From the NCBI GenBank assembly GCA_964016885.1, contig OZ024741.1, forward strand, positions 195,424,001 to 195,488,000: a DNA stretch of 64,000 bases, in the 5' to 3' direction. This DNA is from Eledone cirrhosa. Lineage: Eukaryota. Position numbers and translations under genes: made by a program. Below are positions 1 to 13,171 of the stretch, piece by piece (within the stretch, counting starts at the first letter, position 1; the number at the start of each line of letters is the position of its first letter). A model generated the notes under the pieces. It was not told the DNA's origin. It saw nothing but the letters and a program-made list of their open reading frames with translations, and made no database searches.

Positions 1-2082
1 GGAAGGATGTCCTTATAAATCCTCCTGGAGAGTGTTTGTCGGAAGTCTCCGATGTCTTTGGGGAATTTTTGTTTTAGAGTCGTGTACGTTTTCTGTGTGA
101 TGCGAGTGATTTGTATGTGTAGAGGTGGTGTGAACTTTTGGGTTGTTGTGTAGTCTTTTTCTGTGATGCTGGTGTTGTGTTGCATGTAGTGTAATAATTG
201 GTTGTTGTTCAAATTTAATGCTGTGTAGTGTGTATCGTTTTGGTTGTTTTGTTTTGTTTGCGTTTGTTGTGGGTTTGTTTCTGTTAAGCTTTTTGGTGAC
301 TTTTGTGGTGTAGGTGATGGTGGTGTTGGGGTTAATGATGGTGAAGGTGTTGGTGTTTGTGGTGATGGGGTTGGTGATGCTGGTGTGGATGGTGGCATAT
401 CTGTCCTAACTTTTTTTTTTATACTCTATTTGTTTCCCTCTGTATTTTGTTTTTGGAGGGGGAAGGAAGAGAATTTTTTCTTTTTTGGTTTCTTTTTTTC
501 TTTTTTCCTGATACCGTTTCCCACTCCTCGTCGTCACAATCTGTTTCCAGTTGCGATAAGCCGGGGAGTGGAAAATCCTCCACAGGCGTTGGTTTTGGTT
601 GTGGCGTGGTGGATGGTGTAGGCGCTGGTGCTAGTGCTAGTTCTGAAGCGTTGGGTGGTGGTGGTGTTGGTTTTGCTACTGTTGCTGGGGTTGTTGCTGT
701 TACAGTTGCTTCTATTGTTGCTGCTATAGTTGTTGCTGCCATTTCTGCTGCTGGTGGTGTTGATTGTTTAGTCACTGGGGTGGGTAAGAGAGGTGGCCTC
801 AACCTTTTAGCCTGAGGGCAGAAAGCCCTTAGGTGGGTTCCTTCACCACAAACGACACACCTAGGTCTTCTGCCCTCGACGATTACGGTGAGGTGGTTGC
901 CGTCAGTGAGGTCTATTACCTCTGGGATCTCCTCAATGCTTTTATGGTCCGCTTGGATCAGGAGCTCCATCCCAGATCCGGACCAGTTCTCCTGCTTTTC
1001 TTTCGCTATTTCAATTATCTTGGTGTTGGCCTCGATGCCGGCGAGGACGGCAGCCATTAGCCAAGGAATTTCGATGGCCGGTGGAACGTGGGTCACCCTG
1101 ATCTTCACAAGTCTCTGGCCACAATAGCTTGGGACGAGTGTAAAGTTGTCACTTCTTAATGGGGCCATGGAGTGTTCTCTGGCCTCCTGTGGTGTTTCAA
1201 AGGACACGTCCACGGTTCCATACTTCTGCCCACGTCTGATGTGGGGGTTTTTTGCCCACTCATGTCCCAAAGCTTTTTGGATTTGGGACTCGGATGCCCC
1301 TTCCACTCGGCGCGATTTTATGTTAATTGTCCGATAAGACACGGTGCATAGGTGACGTTGCTCTATTTTATTAGGTGGGGGTGAGACTGACCCTGTACCT
1401 ATCTTTCTTTACCATTCCTTTGGCTTCTTCTAATTCCTCCTGAGTTACCTGGATCGCTTCGCACGTTTTTGCTACTCTGGCAAAACTCAGGGTAGTTTTC
1501 TTAATTTCATTGTTGCTGTTGTTGTTATCGTTATTTTTGCTATTGTTAATTTTAGTTTCAGTTGTGGTGGTGGTGGCGTCAGTGGTGTTCGGTGTGGAAG
1601 AGTTCATTTTGGTCGAATTCATTTCGATATCACGAGTTAATTTATTTTTTTTCTTTTGTTTCTGTTGTCGCTGTGGTGGTAGTGGTGGTGGCGGCTTTAA
1701 CACCTGCAGTCATTAGTAATGGCGGGAAATGAACGTCTGCCTGAGACAAATTTAAAATATTGCTACTGCTTACATTTCCAGTGTTGGCAAACGTAGCAAT
1801 ATTTACAATGGTGGTGTCGGTGTGAGGTGTTAGATTGTGAGGAAGGAGTGACTCTGAGTCAGCCATGATTTTTCAAAGAAAAAATTTTTGTTTGATAATT
1901 ATAAAAAGTTTAAATTTTGGGCTCAAGGCCCCGATATTTTTTAGTGTCCTTTTCAGAAATCAATGTATGTGCACTTATATACAGTTAACAATAAAAATTT
2001 TCCATAAATGGCAATTTTAAACAACTGAAAATAACAAACCTTTGCGGAGCTCACGATGATACGATTTACTACGTAGGTCACC
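1..2082 (-). mobile_element. 5' part of a Tx1/L1-like non-LTR retrotransposon (5' UTR plus frameshifted ORF1), continuing beyond the window start
   Basis: ORFs 1642-1866, 1371-1703 and 419-1342 look like one frameshifted gag-like ORF1. The 5' end abuts (TAA)n at 2083. Confidence 0.7.
419..1342 (-). pseudogene. ORF1 gag-like protein segment with a zinc knuckle
   Basis: CVVCGEGTHLRAFC fits CX2CX4HX4C, preceded by an RRM-like region and followed by a Pro/Thr-rich tail and basic patch. Confidence 0.7.

Positions 2083-2122
<40 letters not shown>
2083..2122. repeat. (TAA)n microsatellite, retrotransposon target
   Basis: Direct reading. Similar tracts at 2477-2495, 6660-6687, 12496-12511, 14371-14413 and 14674-14711. 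Confidence 0.95.
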
Positions 2123-2124
<2 letters not shown>

Positions 2125-2476
2125 GATTACCAAGCCAACATAATAAAAAATGGATGCAGCCCATTATGCCGTGTATGTAAAAAACAACCATGAAACCATT
2201 GATCATATAATTTCAATGTGCAGTCCTATAGCTCCAACCGAATACCTAAACAGGCACGACAGAGCTGCACAATACATACATTGGATAATGTGTAAGCATT
2301 TTGACCTGCCCCATCAAAAGAATTGGTGAGAGCATCAACCACCTCCCATACTTGAAAAAGATCACACCTTACTTGTGGAACTTTAGCATCCAAACAGACC
2401 GAAAAATAGATGCAAATAGACCTGATATAATACTGAAGGACTTTAAAAAGAGGGTATGCCAAGATAAATGCAGCTG
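2123..2476 (+). mobile_element. Short R4/Dong fragment with an internal deletion of about 400 bp
   Basis: Matches the reverse complement of about 7105-7442, joined directly to the 3' terminus aagataaatgcagctg (6688-6703), then (TAA)n. Confidence 0.9.
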
Positions 2477-2495
2477 TAATAATAATAATAATAAT

Positions 2496-3237
2496 GCTTT
2501 CTTTATTAACCACAAGGGTTTACACAAAGTAGACATTAAGGACAGTGCAGGCAATACAGGACAATACAGGACGGTACAAATGGGCATTTATGCGTGTAAA
2601 AAAAAAAACAGAGGATGTAACAAAAAGGGAACAATGGAAAATTCCCCAATAGGAGGAGACTTCCGAGGGCCATCGTGGAGAAAGCCCATTAAAAAAAAGG
2701 AACAATGAAAAATTCCCCAATAGGAGGGGGGAGACTTCTGAGGGCCATCGTGGAGAAAGCCCATTAAAAAAAAGGAACAATGAAAAATTCCCCAATAGGA
2801 GGGGGGGGGAGACTTCTGAGGGCCATCGTGGAGAAAGCCCATTAAAAAAGTCACGGTGACCCTGACCACTAGGGCAAGTGCCCTCTCCCAGTTTTCCACC
2901 TTCAATTTACGGGCCTCTCTCACCCAACTTTCAACAAAATGCTGGGAAGAGAGCACTTCCCTCTCTACCCTGATTTTCCCTTTCAAATGAAATTTGAAAA
3001 AGTTAATCAGGGCATCACTGAAGAGGTAAGTGCTCGTCTTCAGCCCTTTCAGAAGCGTCCACCACACTATCTCTTTTTCACATGGCCACCAGACAGATAA
3101 AAACTGCCTGCCCTTCCCGGCTAAAGGAAGAGGGCGGGGCAATCCTCACGATAGACTCAGCTGATAGCCGGATCCGTTCTACACGCGACAGCAGGTGTTC
3201 GACATAAACCCACAAGTCAGCAATGCTCGGACACTGG
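2496..3237 (-). mobile_element. 3' fragment of a Tx1/L1-like element (end of ORF2 plus 3' UTR)
   Basis: Peptide LINFFKFHLKGKIRVEREVL is shared with 11724-12188. The 3' UTR has a triplicated unit of about 65-70 bp, then aataaa and a (TTA)n tail. Confidence 0.8.
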
Positions 3238-6200
3238 AAATGGAAATAAAAAGGGGAAGAAAAATTAAAAATTAATTTTCACATACATGTTATGTTCATT
3301 CAGAGAAGAGAGTTCCTTTCTCTGTCCATCCTACTCTGCTTATAGCTTGGTTGTGACTGGTAGTAGGAGAGGGTAGAAGAGGAAGAAGGAGAGAGGGGGA
3401 ATCCCCCCCCTCCTCCTTACAAAAAAAAGAAGGCAACATCTTACCCTTACCTCTTAACCCAACCGCGTAGAAACTACGCGGACACCACACACAAAGAAAT
3501 AAGAAAACATCACCCCCAGGATGGACATTACAGCCCACTAGGAGATACCAAGGAAACCTCCATTATTACAACCACCAGCCACCCCCCAAAACCACCACAC
3601 ACAACAAACCAAAACCACTCGATATATTCAGCAGCGAAGGGCCCCTAAAACACAACTACCACACATGATATATAGGGACACACAACCACCCACTAAAGGG
3701 ACGCCCTAATCAACCACCCACTAAAGGGACGCCCTAATCAACTCACATCCACGAACCCGAACCTTCAATAACAACAGCAGGGAACAATACAACCACAGCA
3801 GACAACCCAACATCAACAACCATCACAACTACCTTAACCATTTTTTAGACCCAGTGCACAGACACAGGGAAACGAGATGACACAAGACATACAGGAGAGA
3901 CCAAAAGTAATAAAAGTAATAAATTTAACCACTAAAGAACTAACAACAGACCAAATCAACATACTCTCCAAAGGGCTGAAATTTACACCGACACCCCCAA
4001 CGCTCAACCTACCCCGAAATGAAGGAGGACATTACGGAATTCTGTAGAAAACTAAGACACAGCGAGGAACTACACGACAAGTACAATGAGGACGACTCAC
4101 TAGCTAGAAATAAAAGCAACTACATCCCAGCAAAAGGTAAGAACAAATTCCTAGACCAATTCTACGAACACATTACAAATTACCCATATCAACACCTACA
4201 CAGACATAAACACAAGCCAAACTTCAACAAGAAAGAATGGGATGAGCTGAACAGTTTAAAGATTGATAAAGCTTTAACAATAAAAGAGGCGGATAAAGAA
4301 GAGAGTGCGGTAGTCCTTATGGAGACAGAATATTATACAACCCTAGTACTCTCATCTTTAGAAGACGAAACATACTACAAAAAGGCTCAACACTACAGCC
4401 AACAGAAAATAATGAGAAACCTAAACACTCTAACAACCCTTTACAGAGAAGGACTTACCGACAAGGAATACAACTATATCACTGACTTCAAAAGCAAACC
4501 CATTTTCTACGGTATACAAAAACGAAAAAATAAGTAAGGCATGCAAGGAAGCTACAGACATATTCATCAATGTCCCCTGACCCAATGACCTCAAATTAAG
4601 ACCTATAATACCAGGTCCCGCTTGTGAAACCCACCGCTTGAGCAACTTCCTAGATATACTGTTAAAACCATTCCTGAAACACATTAAAGGCTACATAAAG
4701 GACGATCTTGATATGCCTAACCACCTCCCCAAAACACTTAATAATGAACATACCCTACTAGTGTCTTTTGATGTAGTCAACCTTTATTCCAATATCCCAC
4801 ACAACCTAGGAATAGAGGCAATCCAATTCTGGTAGAAAATTACCCCAATGAACTACCATACCGCATCATAAAAGAATTCGTAATGGAAGGGCTCAAATGT
4901 ATCTTGGAGAATAACTACTTCGAATTCGATACCAAATTCTACAGGCGGAAATCTGGGACTGCCATGGACACGAAAATGGCCTCCTCTTACGCCAATCTTC
5001 TTATGGGAGACTTGGAAATCACCCTCTACCGAAAAGTACTAGATAAATACGGAAACCCCTTCTACCTCCACCGAAAAAAAAACTAGAAGAGATATCTAGA
5101 TGATTGTTTCATCCTCTGGCATGAAAGTATAGAAAGGCTTATTGAATTTATAACACATCTAAATGGACTCAACACAAACATTCAATTTACAATGGAATAC
5201 TGCCGCGAACAACTTCCTTTCCTTGACATCCTTATCAAGAAAACCAACAACAAAATAGAAGCAAACATATATTATAAACCCACAGACTCCAAACTCAACA
5301 TCCAGGAACTTAGACACCCCAAACCAAGGAACGAATCAAAACTGAAAACTCTACCATACATCTCCACAGACAACCCCCTTAATAATGAGACCTTCGACAC
5401 CATCCTCCAGAACATACCTTTACTAAAAGAGACCTAAGAATGAATCAAATCCTTCAAACGCACATTATAAAGAGCAAAAGACAACCGAAATCAATGAAAA
5501 ACATCCTTACACTGGCCAAAGTCCAGCCGACCTTAACAATGAACCCTACAGTAAAAAATGTGGAAGACCCAACTGTGGTATATATATATCAACCTAATAG
5601 AGAGATTGGAGTTGCACTTCAAACAAGGACAACGCTTTACAGTTAAACACAAACGCATCAGAAAACCTGATTTATGTGTTGACTTGCTCGGGGTGTCGAG
5701 AGCACTACATAGGAGAGATCAAAAACAACCTCTGACAACGTATGATGACCGTCCATAGATCCCAAATCAAAATGCGGGAATACAGAAAGATAGCACTGTG
5801 TGAGCACATTGCGACCTGCGCAACCCAATTTTAGAATGTTTCCCATCTACAAATTCAAAGACAACGCTTCCTACATCCAGCGCATTAGCAAGGAATCACA
5901 ATTTATCGCCAAATACGAACGAACTCCTTCTAAATGCTTCCACTTCGGACTAAACCAAAGCTGGCACACTTTAAAATTAACACCCTAGACAAATTAATCC
6001 TTTAGCAATGTATACTTCTCCAAGATTCCAGCAACCTCTGACAACTATATAATGCAGACCAAGCAACCACATAGTAACACCCACATCAGCAAGTCCTGGA
6101 GGACCTCCACGAACAGCATAAATGGAAGCATGCAGGTGTCAAACTAAATGCTTTACATTCCTCTGAATCTGGAAGTTTCTGCTGAAGATAGAATGTGCAT

Positions 6201-6660
6201 TCCAGTAACTCTGAACCCCTTTTTGTGGCAAAATGTTCTCCATTCCCCTAAATCTGAAATTTCTGCTTGGGATGGAATTAGTATCTCAATAACTCTTTAT
6301 CTTCTTTGTGGCAAAAAACAAGGTCAATGTTGATGATTTCTTCTAAGAAAAAAATACCAAGATAGATTTTTTTTAGAAGCAATCAACCCTCCACCCCCTC
6401 CGGTCAACTCTAAGGTCACCCGACCTTTCAAACCAATCCCAGCTGGAACTTGTATCCACTCCTCAAAGGGCCTCTCACAGCAGTCTGGTAACACAACTAT
6501 CCCCTGCCTCCTCCTCCGTCTCCTCTCCTTCCTCTGCCCTCTCCTACTACCAGTCACAACCAAGCTATAGGTAGAGTAGGATGGACAGAGAAATGAACTC
6601 TCTTCTCTGAATGAACCTGTATGTGAAAATTAATTTTTCTTCCCTTTTTTATTTTCATTT
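3238..6660 (+). mobile_element. Penelope-like element (Neptune-like), degraded RT plus C-terminal GIY-YIG, flanked by inverted ~160 bp repeats
   Basis: Motifs LSKGLKFTPTP, SFDVVNLYSNIPH, NYFEF..SGTAM, RYLDDCF, LPFLD and ENLIYVLTCSGCREHYIGE (~5661-5717). Segment 3238-3402 is the reverse complement of 6498-6660. Confidence 0.88.
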
Positions 6661-6687
6661 TTATTATTATTATTATTATTATTATTA

Positions 6688-9600
6688 CAGCTGCATTTAT
6701 CTTGCTTTATGTTCATACGAGTTATCACCAAGTCACAACCAGTGACCTCAAGAGACAACAAGGTCCGCCATGTTCAAGAAAGAACATACATACTCACACA
6801 TGCTTCTTTAGGTGTTTAGACTTGTGATGTACTTATATTGACAGAATCTTCCTTAGTATATGGGCAGTTCCCATTACTACTATCTTTTGTATTTCTCCTA
6901 TACGCGGGTTTCCTGGGATTTGCGATAAGTAATCATTAGACCCCTTAGGTATCATTCCCAGAGCGCCTACAACCACTGGTATTGTTTTAGTTCTCAATTT
7001 CCACATTTTCCCAATTTCTATCTCCAGGTCCTTATACTTGCTCAATTTTTCAAATGTTTTTATAGATACATTCTTGTCTATTGGAACGGATATATCAATT
7101 AGCAGGCATACCCTCTTTTTAAAGTCCTTCAATATTATATCAGGTCTATTTGCATCTATTTTTCGGTCTGTTTGGTTGCTAAAGTTCCACAAGATTGAGA
7201 TGTGATCTTTTTCAAGTATGGGAGGTGGTTGATGCTCCCACCAATTCTTTTGATGGGGCAGGTCAAAATGCTTACACATTATCCAATGTATGTATTGTGC
7301 AGCTCTGTCATGCCTGTTTAGGTATTCGGTTGGAGCTATAGGACTGCACATTGAAATTATATGGTCAATGGTCTCTGGTTGTTTTTTACATACACGGCAT
7401 AATGGGCTGCATCCATTTTTTATTATGTTGGCTTGGTAATTTTTTGTTGGCAGACACTGATCTTGTGCTGATATAATCAGTCCTTCAGTCTCCGATTTCA
7501 GTCCAGAGGATGCCAACCACCGATGGGTTAAAGTTTTGTCAACATCAGGATTGTTAGCTCGTTCTGGGTATTTTCCATACAGAGGCTTTTCTTGCCATTT
7601 CTTAGCCAGTTTCTGTAGCAGTTCTTTCTTTGCAGTTACTTTTACCTGCTTTGCTTTTTCTGTGTTTTCCATTTCAGCAGTAAATGGGACTTCTGAAATT
7701 TGTAGTCCATTACTGTATCTTTGTGCATCTTTTGTAATGGAGTATGATCTTTTGATGCTTTCGTGTTTCAAAACGAGTTTGATCATCCAATCATGTGATT
7801 CCCTTAGATATGTAGATAATCCAATTGTTGCAGTTTTCAACGCAATGTCTAACTGGATTAACCCACGTCCTCCTTCTTTCCTAGGGAGATATATTCTATC
7901 TGTATCTGCCTTAGGGTGATGCATTCTGTGCATGGTTAAGAATTTTCGAATTTTTGTATCGAGCCTACAGATCTCTGTGCTTGACCAGTTGATGACATTG
8001 TAACTGTAGGTTACTACTGGTATGGCAAGCGTGTTTATGGCATCGATCCTATTCCTTGCATTCAATTCCGTTCTTAAGATTGCTCTTACTCTGCGGTAAC
8101 ATTCCTTCCTTATCCTTTCCCTCATTGTCGAGTGCTTGATTCCGTCTCCTTCACAAACACCTAGATATTTGTAAGTTTCCTCTTGATCAAGTTCTCTTAT
8201 CACATTCCCCCGATCAAGATTAATGTCTGAACTTTTCAGCAGCTTTTCTCTGGTGAACGTTGCTTTGGCGCATTTATCTAGTCCAAACTCCATTTTAATG
8301 TCATCACTGAACTGCTCCACAGTGGATAATAGCACTTGCAATTGTTCATCATTTTTTGCAAATAGTTTCAGGTCATCCATGTAGAACAAGTGATTAATGG
8401 TTTTGTCATAAACTTTATATCCATGTTTTGTTTCATTGAGCATTTTACTTAATGGTATAAGTGCGATGCAGAATAAAAGCGGTGATAAAGAGTCACCCTG
8501 AAAAATTCCACAATTAATATTAACTTCTCCAGCTTCCAGTGATTTTGTTTCACTATTCAAAAGGAGTGTCGTTTTCCATGTCTTCATACTGAATGACAAA
8601 AACCTCCTGACAACGGGAGATATTTTGAAAATCTCTAAACATTTTTCAATCCAACTGTGTGGCAAACTATCGAATGTTTTTTTATAATCTATCCAAGCAA
8701 TTGATAGATTTTTGTGTCTATTATGACAATCTTCCAGTATCATTTTGTTAACCAAAAGCTGATCCTTACAGCCATATGAGCCTCGTTTACACCCTTTCTG
8801 CTCAATGGGAAATAGGTCATTTGTTATCAGGTGATCATATGTATATTCAGTTAGGACTGATGTTAAAATTTTATACATTGTGGTCAAGCAAGTTATCGGT
8901 CTGTAATTTTTGGGATTGTTTGTCTCATCATTCTTCGGAAGCAGGAATGTAATGCCGTTAACTAGCCATGATGGTATCTTTTCTGGCTCCTTAACTAGTT
9001 GTAAAGTTGGGCTAACAGCTCATGAGACTCTGTGAAGGCATTTATCCAAAAATTTTGTATTTTGTCTTTTCCTGGGGATTTCCATTTGCTGGTTTTTCTT
9101 AGAGCCAAGCGCAACTGTTCAACTGTTATATTTTCCCATATTTGTTCCTCAATGTGAGCTGTATCTTTCATTTGTCTGTCTATCCATGGGGCATGTATAT
9201 TATGAACTTTTTCTTCGGCCCAGATCTTTTCCCAGAATTCTTGCACTTCCTCCTTGGGTGGTATTGATTTAGCAGTTATTGTTGACTTACCAATTTTTCT
9301 GTAGAAGTTTCTTTGGTTGTTTTTGAACATATTATTGTCCTTATAGAATCTAGATCGTTTTTCAAAGCGCCTTATACGAGCAGCTTTGGCCGACACTTTT
9401 TGCTTCATTATTTCTATCAGCATGTCTATGTCACTTGTTGATTTTATACTGTACTTTCTTTTCAATTTTCTAAGTTTAGTTTGTTTAACATGTTCACCTA
9501 CTTTATAGTTTGTTAAAATTTCTATGTCGGAGAAGGTTTATTTGGCGATTGATGTTCTCTTGCCAAGTAGATTTCTTGTGGGAATTCCTTTGTTTTTTCA

Positions 9601-10635
9601 TCTTCACTCCACATAAGTGAGTGGTGACTTTAGCCGATGCATAATAGAGATGATTTAAATCAGTAATGTTTAGTTTGTTTGTGATGATAATGTTTTTGAG
9701 AATTATGTTAGTCTTGTGTATTATTATCTTTTGGTTCTGTTTGAAGTTCTGGATCTTAGGGAGGGTGTCTCGTTCCCCCATGTCAGATTCTTTCATTTTC
9801 ATCCATTCGATCATAATTTCATCCTTCAAGTTGGCAAGTTCATTCTCATTCATTTCTTTATCATTTACGATCTCATTGTTTTCATTTGGAGTTTCATCTT
9901 GAGCATGCACTCCCTCCACTTTTTCGATCCTTTCTTTAATTTGTTCTGTTGTCAGTGATTCCGCCCCAAACCTGGGATTCGAAGTGTTACAATTTACCTC
10001 GTGTTCACTGACACATGTTTCATTTTCCCTTCGCTGACTTTGTGCTAATAGCTTGATCTGATCAATTTCTATATCAGTTAGTAACTTTTTTCTTACAATA
10101 TTTTTCGTATATTGGCTAGTTTGTTACTGTCAATATAGCCTCTGTTTTCGGGATGTTTCTTTTTCCAGTTGATATATGTCTGTTCTGTATTCGATATATT
10201 TGATGGGTAGTACCCGGCAGTGTAGAAAGCCTCAAGGACTTCTTTATTATCTTCCCTTGACCATTTTTCTCTCTTTTTCTTTGGATTTCTTGGTGGTGAG
10301 CCAACAGTAGGAGTATTCCGGTTATGGGAGGTCTCCAGCTCCGAAGTGATGGGAAGGTTTGAACCATTAGCTGATTTTTCGACCCCAGTCTGGTTCCTCT
10401 CTGAGGGACGCGGCCCTTTTTGACCCGGGTGACGGCCGATCCGGTATGAGATTTTATCATTAGACATTTACTTTATTTTGTCGCGTTTTATCCTTATCCG
10501 CCAAGGGGTAATCATTTCGTGTTACCACTTCTAGGACGAGTGTCAACCAAGACTAGAGGGGTCCTCTTCCCCTAGAGACACGGCTATTCCCCGCTGGCCG
10601 CCATCCCGGTATTTCTTGGTCACGGGGTTTTCTTT
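6688..10635 (-). mobile_element. Near full-length R4/Dong-clade RLE non-LTR retrotransposon
   Basis: One ORF split by frameshifts (10093-10467, 9503-9919, 8995-9465, 6833-8887). GC-rich 5' UTR; the 3' end joins (TAA)n. Confidence 0.9.
6833..8887 (-). CDS. RT + CCHC knuckle + restriction-like endonuclease (intact C-terminal 684 aa of a frameshifted ORF)
   Basis: WIDYKKTFDS, GIFQGDSLSP, YMDDLK, CRVCKKQPETIDHIISMC, RHD, NRPDI..LIDISVP, KYKDL. Confidence 0.9.
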   Translation of the reverse strand: MTTMYKILTSVLTEYTYDHLITNDLFPIEQKGCKRGSYGCKDQLLVNKMILEDCHNRHKNLSIAWIDYKKTFDSLPHSWIEKCLEIFKISPVVRRFLSFSMKTWKTTLLLNSETKSLEAGEVNINCGIFQGDSLSPLLFCIALIPLSKMLNETKHGYKVYDKTINHLFYMDDLKLFAKNDEQLQVLLSTVEQFSDDIKMEFGLDKCAKATFTREKLLKSSDINLDRGNVIRELDQEETYKYLGVCEGDGIKHSTMRERIRKECYRRVRAILRTELNARNRIDAINTLAIPVVTYSYNVINWSSTEICRLDTKIRKFLTMHRMHHPKADTDRIYLPRKEGGRGLIQLDIALKTATIGLSTYLRESHDWMIKLVLKHESIKRSYSITKDAQRYSNGLQISEVPFTAEMENTEKAKQVKVTAKKELLQKLAKKWQEKPLYGKYPERANNPDVDKTLTHRWLASSGLKSETEGLIISAQDQCLPTKNYQANIIKNGCSPLCRVCKKQPETIDHIISMCSPIAPTEYLNRHDRAAQYIHWIMCKHFDLPHQKNWWEHQPPPILEKDHISILWNFSNQTDRKIDANRPDIILKDFKKRVCLLIDISVPIDKNVSIKTFEKLSKYKDLEIEIGKMWKLRTKTIPVVVGALGMIPKGSNDYLSQIPGNPRIGEIQKIVVMGTAHILRKILSI

Positions 10636-11366
10636 TTTGTTGTTTTTTAAATTGTTATTACCATGAGTGGTTCCTTAATGTGAGCATTGCGTGGCTTAAG
10701 AATGAAATTATTAATAATATAATATACTTTTTGCTGAAGTTGCCTGTTATTGTTGTTGGCTATGTCGGTGGTGGTGCTGGGGCTTTTTCTATTGTTGGTG
10801 GGGAAGGGGGAGCCAGCATTGCCATAGTCGTTGACGTTTGGCCGGTGGCCGGGTCACTAAGTCAATCTATTTATATCTTTTGCTAGCCTCTCCCTTGTCT
10901 AGTGATACCGCCACCTTCCCCTTTCTTAAGTTAACAGAAGGTAATGGGGGAATAGTGGTGGTAGCAATGAAGGAGTGGTGGCGGCGGTGACTATAGTGAT
11001 GGCGTTGTCGTCACTGAGTTTTGTTGAATAGACTGTAGTTTTGTTTGATCTGTGTATCTATGCGTTTGTCGCGCATGTTTAATATATGTGTTGACATATT
11101 TTCTTAATATTGGAATTAAACATTTTGTGAAAACTTGAGACAATAATAATAGTAGTAATTATTATTATTATGCTGGGATTGGTGGTGGTGGTGGTGGTGA
11201 AATTGCCGTTATCTGGCTGTTGTATTTAGTGTACACAGAGGGGTGATGGGGTAGGTAGTGTATCTAGTTTCTGGTGTTGGTGAAATTGCTGTTATTTGGC
11301 TGTTCTATATAGTGTAGACAGAGGGGGTTTTCTTCCATTTATAACCATTTTCTTTATTATTATTAT

Positions 11367-12495
11367 ATGCTGTGGCTAATGATGTGCAGACATGCGTTGA
11401 GGCTGCGACATCTCCAGATATTCTGCCTCAATGGTGAACAGGTGTGGTCGCCGTTTATCAGACGGGCCTTTCCACAGCTCATTTCTTTGACTGAGCTGCA
11501 GTCCTGGGTCAAGAAGAAACCGAGACTGGGTGACTGGCACCTGGAATGTTGCCAGGCACTCACTGCCCTCTACCAAGCGGGCAATGCGATCAGTGGAACT
11601 TCCACTCTCGAGTTCTATAGAGGATTAGTGGTGGGAAAGTGCGATGACGCACTCGGAGAAGCTTTGGGCCTCGACTAAGTCGAACTGACCAGTCTGTACC
11701 GGAGGACTTTTGATCCGGGGACGATGGACAATTTCCAGAAATCCCTCGCTTGGCAGTGCTACCGGGGGGCACTGCCGGTTCGGGATAAACTCTACAGGCA
11801 CGGAAGTGCTGTCAGACGGACCTGCCCAAGATGCGCACAGAACGACGAAACCGTTCTGCACGCACTTGTCCAATGTCCGTGCATTACTGACTTGTGGAGT
11901 TATGTCAAACAGCTACTGTCGCGTGTGGAATGTATCCGGCTATCGGCCGAGTCCATAGTGAAGATCGAGCCGCCACCTTCCTTAGGATATTTTCCTCTGT
12001 CTGGTGGCAGTTGCGAAAGAGATTATATGGTGGACCAGGTTGAAAGGACAGACACTTTTCTCTTCGGCCAATCCCTCATCAACTTCTTCAAGTTTCACCT
12101 GGAAAGGAGGGTGAGGGTGGAGAGAGAAGTGCTGCCCCCCAGTACATTTGCTAAAAGGTGGGTGATGTGGCGAGAATGGCTCGTGTGAATGGGCCTACTC
12201 TGACCATGCGCCTATAGGCTGGCTAACTTGAGGAGAGGGGTGCTCTCCTGGGTGCCCTAGAAGCGCAGGGTGGTTCAGGATTGGTGGGGTACCCGAATCA
12301 CCCCAGGGTCGTCCACCCCCTATCGGGGAATTTATTTTGTTATATTTATGCATAGTTTATTTTATATTTTTATATTTTCATTGTTAAATTAGTCTTGCCA
12401 TTGTGCACTTTTACTCGACCTTATTGTAAACCCCCACTGTCCCTGTCTTTGTATTGTCCCCTACATGTCGGCCCTTGTGGCTAATAAATGAAATC
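11367..12495 (+). mobile_element. 5'-truncated Tx1/L1-like element (C-terminal zinc-finger region plus 3' UTR)
   Basis: W..YRGALPV..CPRCAQNDETVLHALVQC (zf-RVT type). Flanked by (TTA)n on both sides. Confidence 0.85.
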
Positions 12496-12511
12496 ATTAT
12501 TATTATTATTA

Positions 12512-13171
12512 CAGTTGCATTTATCTTGCTTTATGTTCATACGAGTTATCACCAAGTCACAACCAGTGACCTCAAGAGACAACAAGGTCCGCCATGTTCA
12601 AGAAAGAACATACATACTCACACATGCATCTTTAGTGTTTAGACTTGTGATGTACTTATATTGACAGAATCTTCCTTAGTATATGGGCAGTTCCCATTAG
12701 TACTATCTTTTGTATTTCTCCTATACGCGGGTTTCCTGGGATTTGCGATAAGTAATCATTAGACCCCTTAGGTATCATTCCCAGAGCGCCTACAACCACT
12801 GGTATTGTTTTAGTTCTCAATTTCCACATTTTTCCAATTTCTATCTCCAGGTCCTTATACTTGCTCAATTTTTCAAATGTTTTTATAGATACATTCTTGT
12901 CTATTGGAACAGACATATCAATTAGCAGGCATACCCTCTTTTTAAAGTCCTTCAATATTATATCAGGTCTATTTGCATCTATTTTTCGGTCTGTTTGGAT
13001 GCTAAAGTTCCACAAGATTGAGATGTGATCTTTTTCAAGTATGGGAGGTGGTTGATGCTCCCACCAATTCTTTTGATGGGGCAGGTCAAAATGCTTACAC
13101 ATTATCCAATGTATGTATTGTGCAGCTCTGTCATGCCTGTTTAGGTATTCGGTTGGAGCTATAGGACTGCA
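12512..13171 (-). mobile_element. 5'-truncated copy of the Dong element
   Basis: Nearly identical to 6688-7348; encodes the RLE domain; (TAA)n tail. Confidence 0.95.

Noticed and set aside
244-815. Hydrophobic plus-strand ORFs
   Set aside because: Antisense shadows of the low-complexity Tx1 ORF1.
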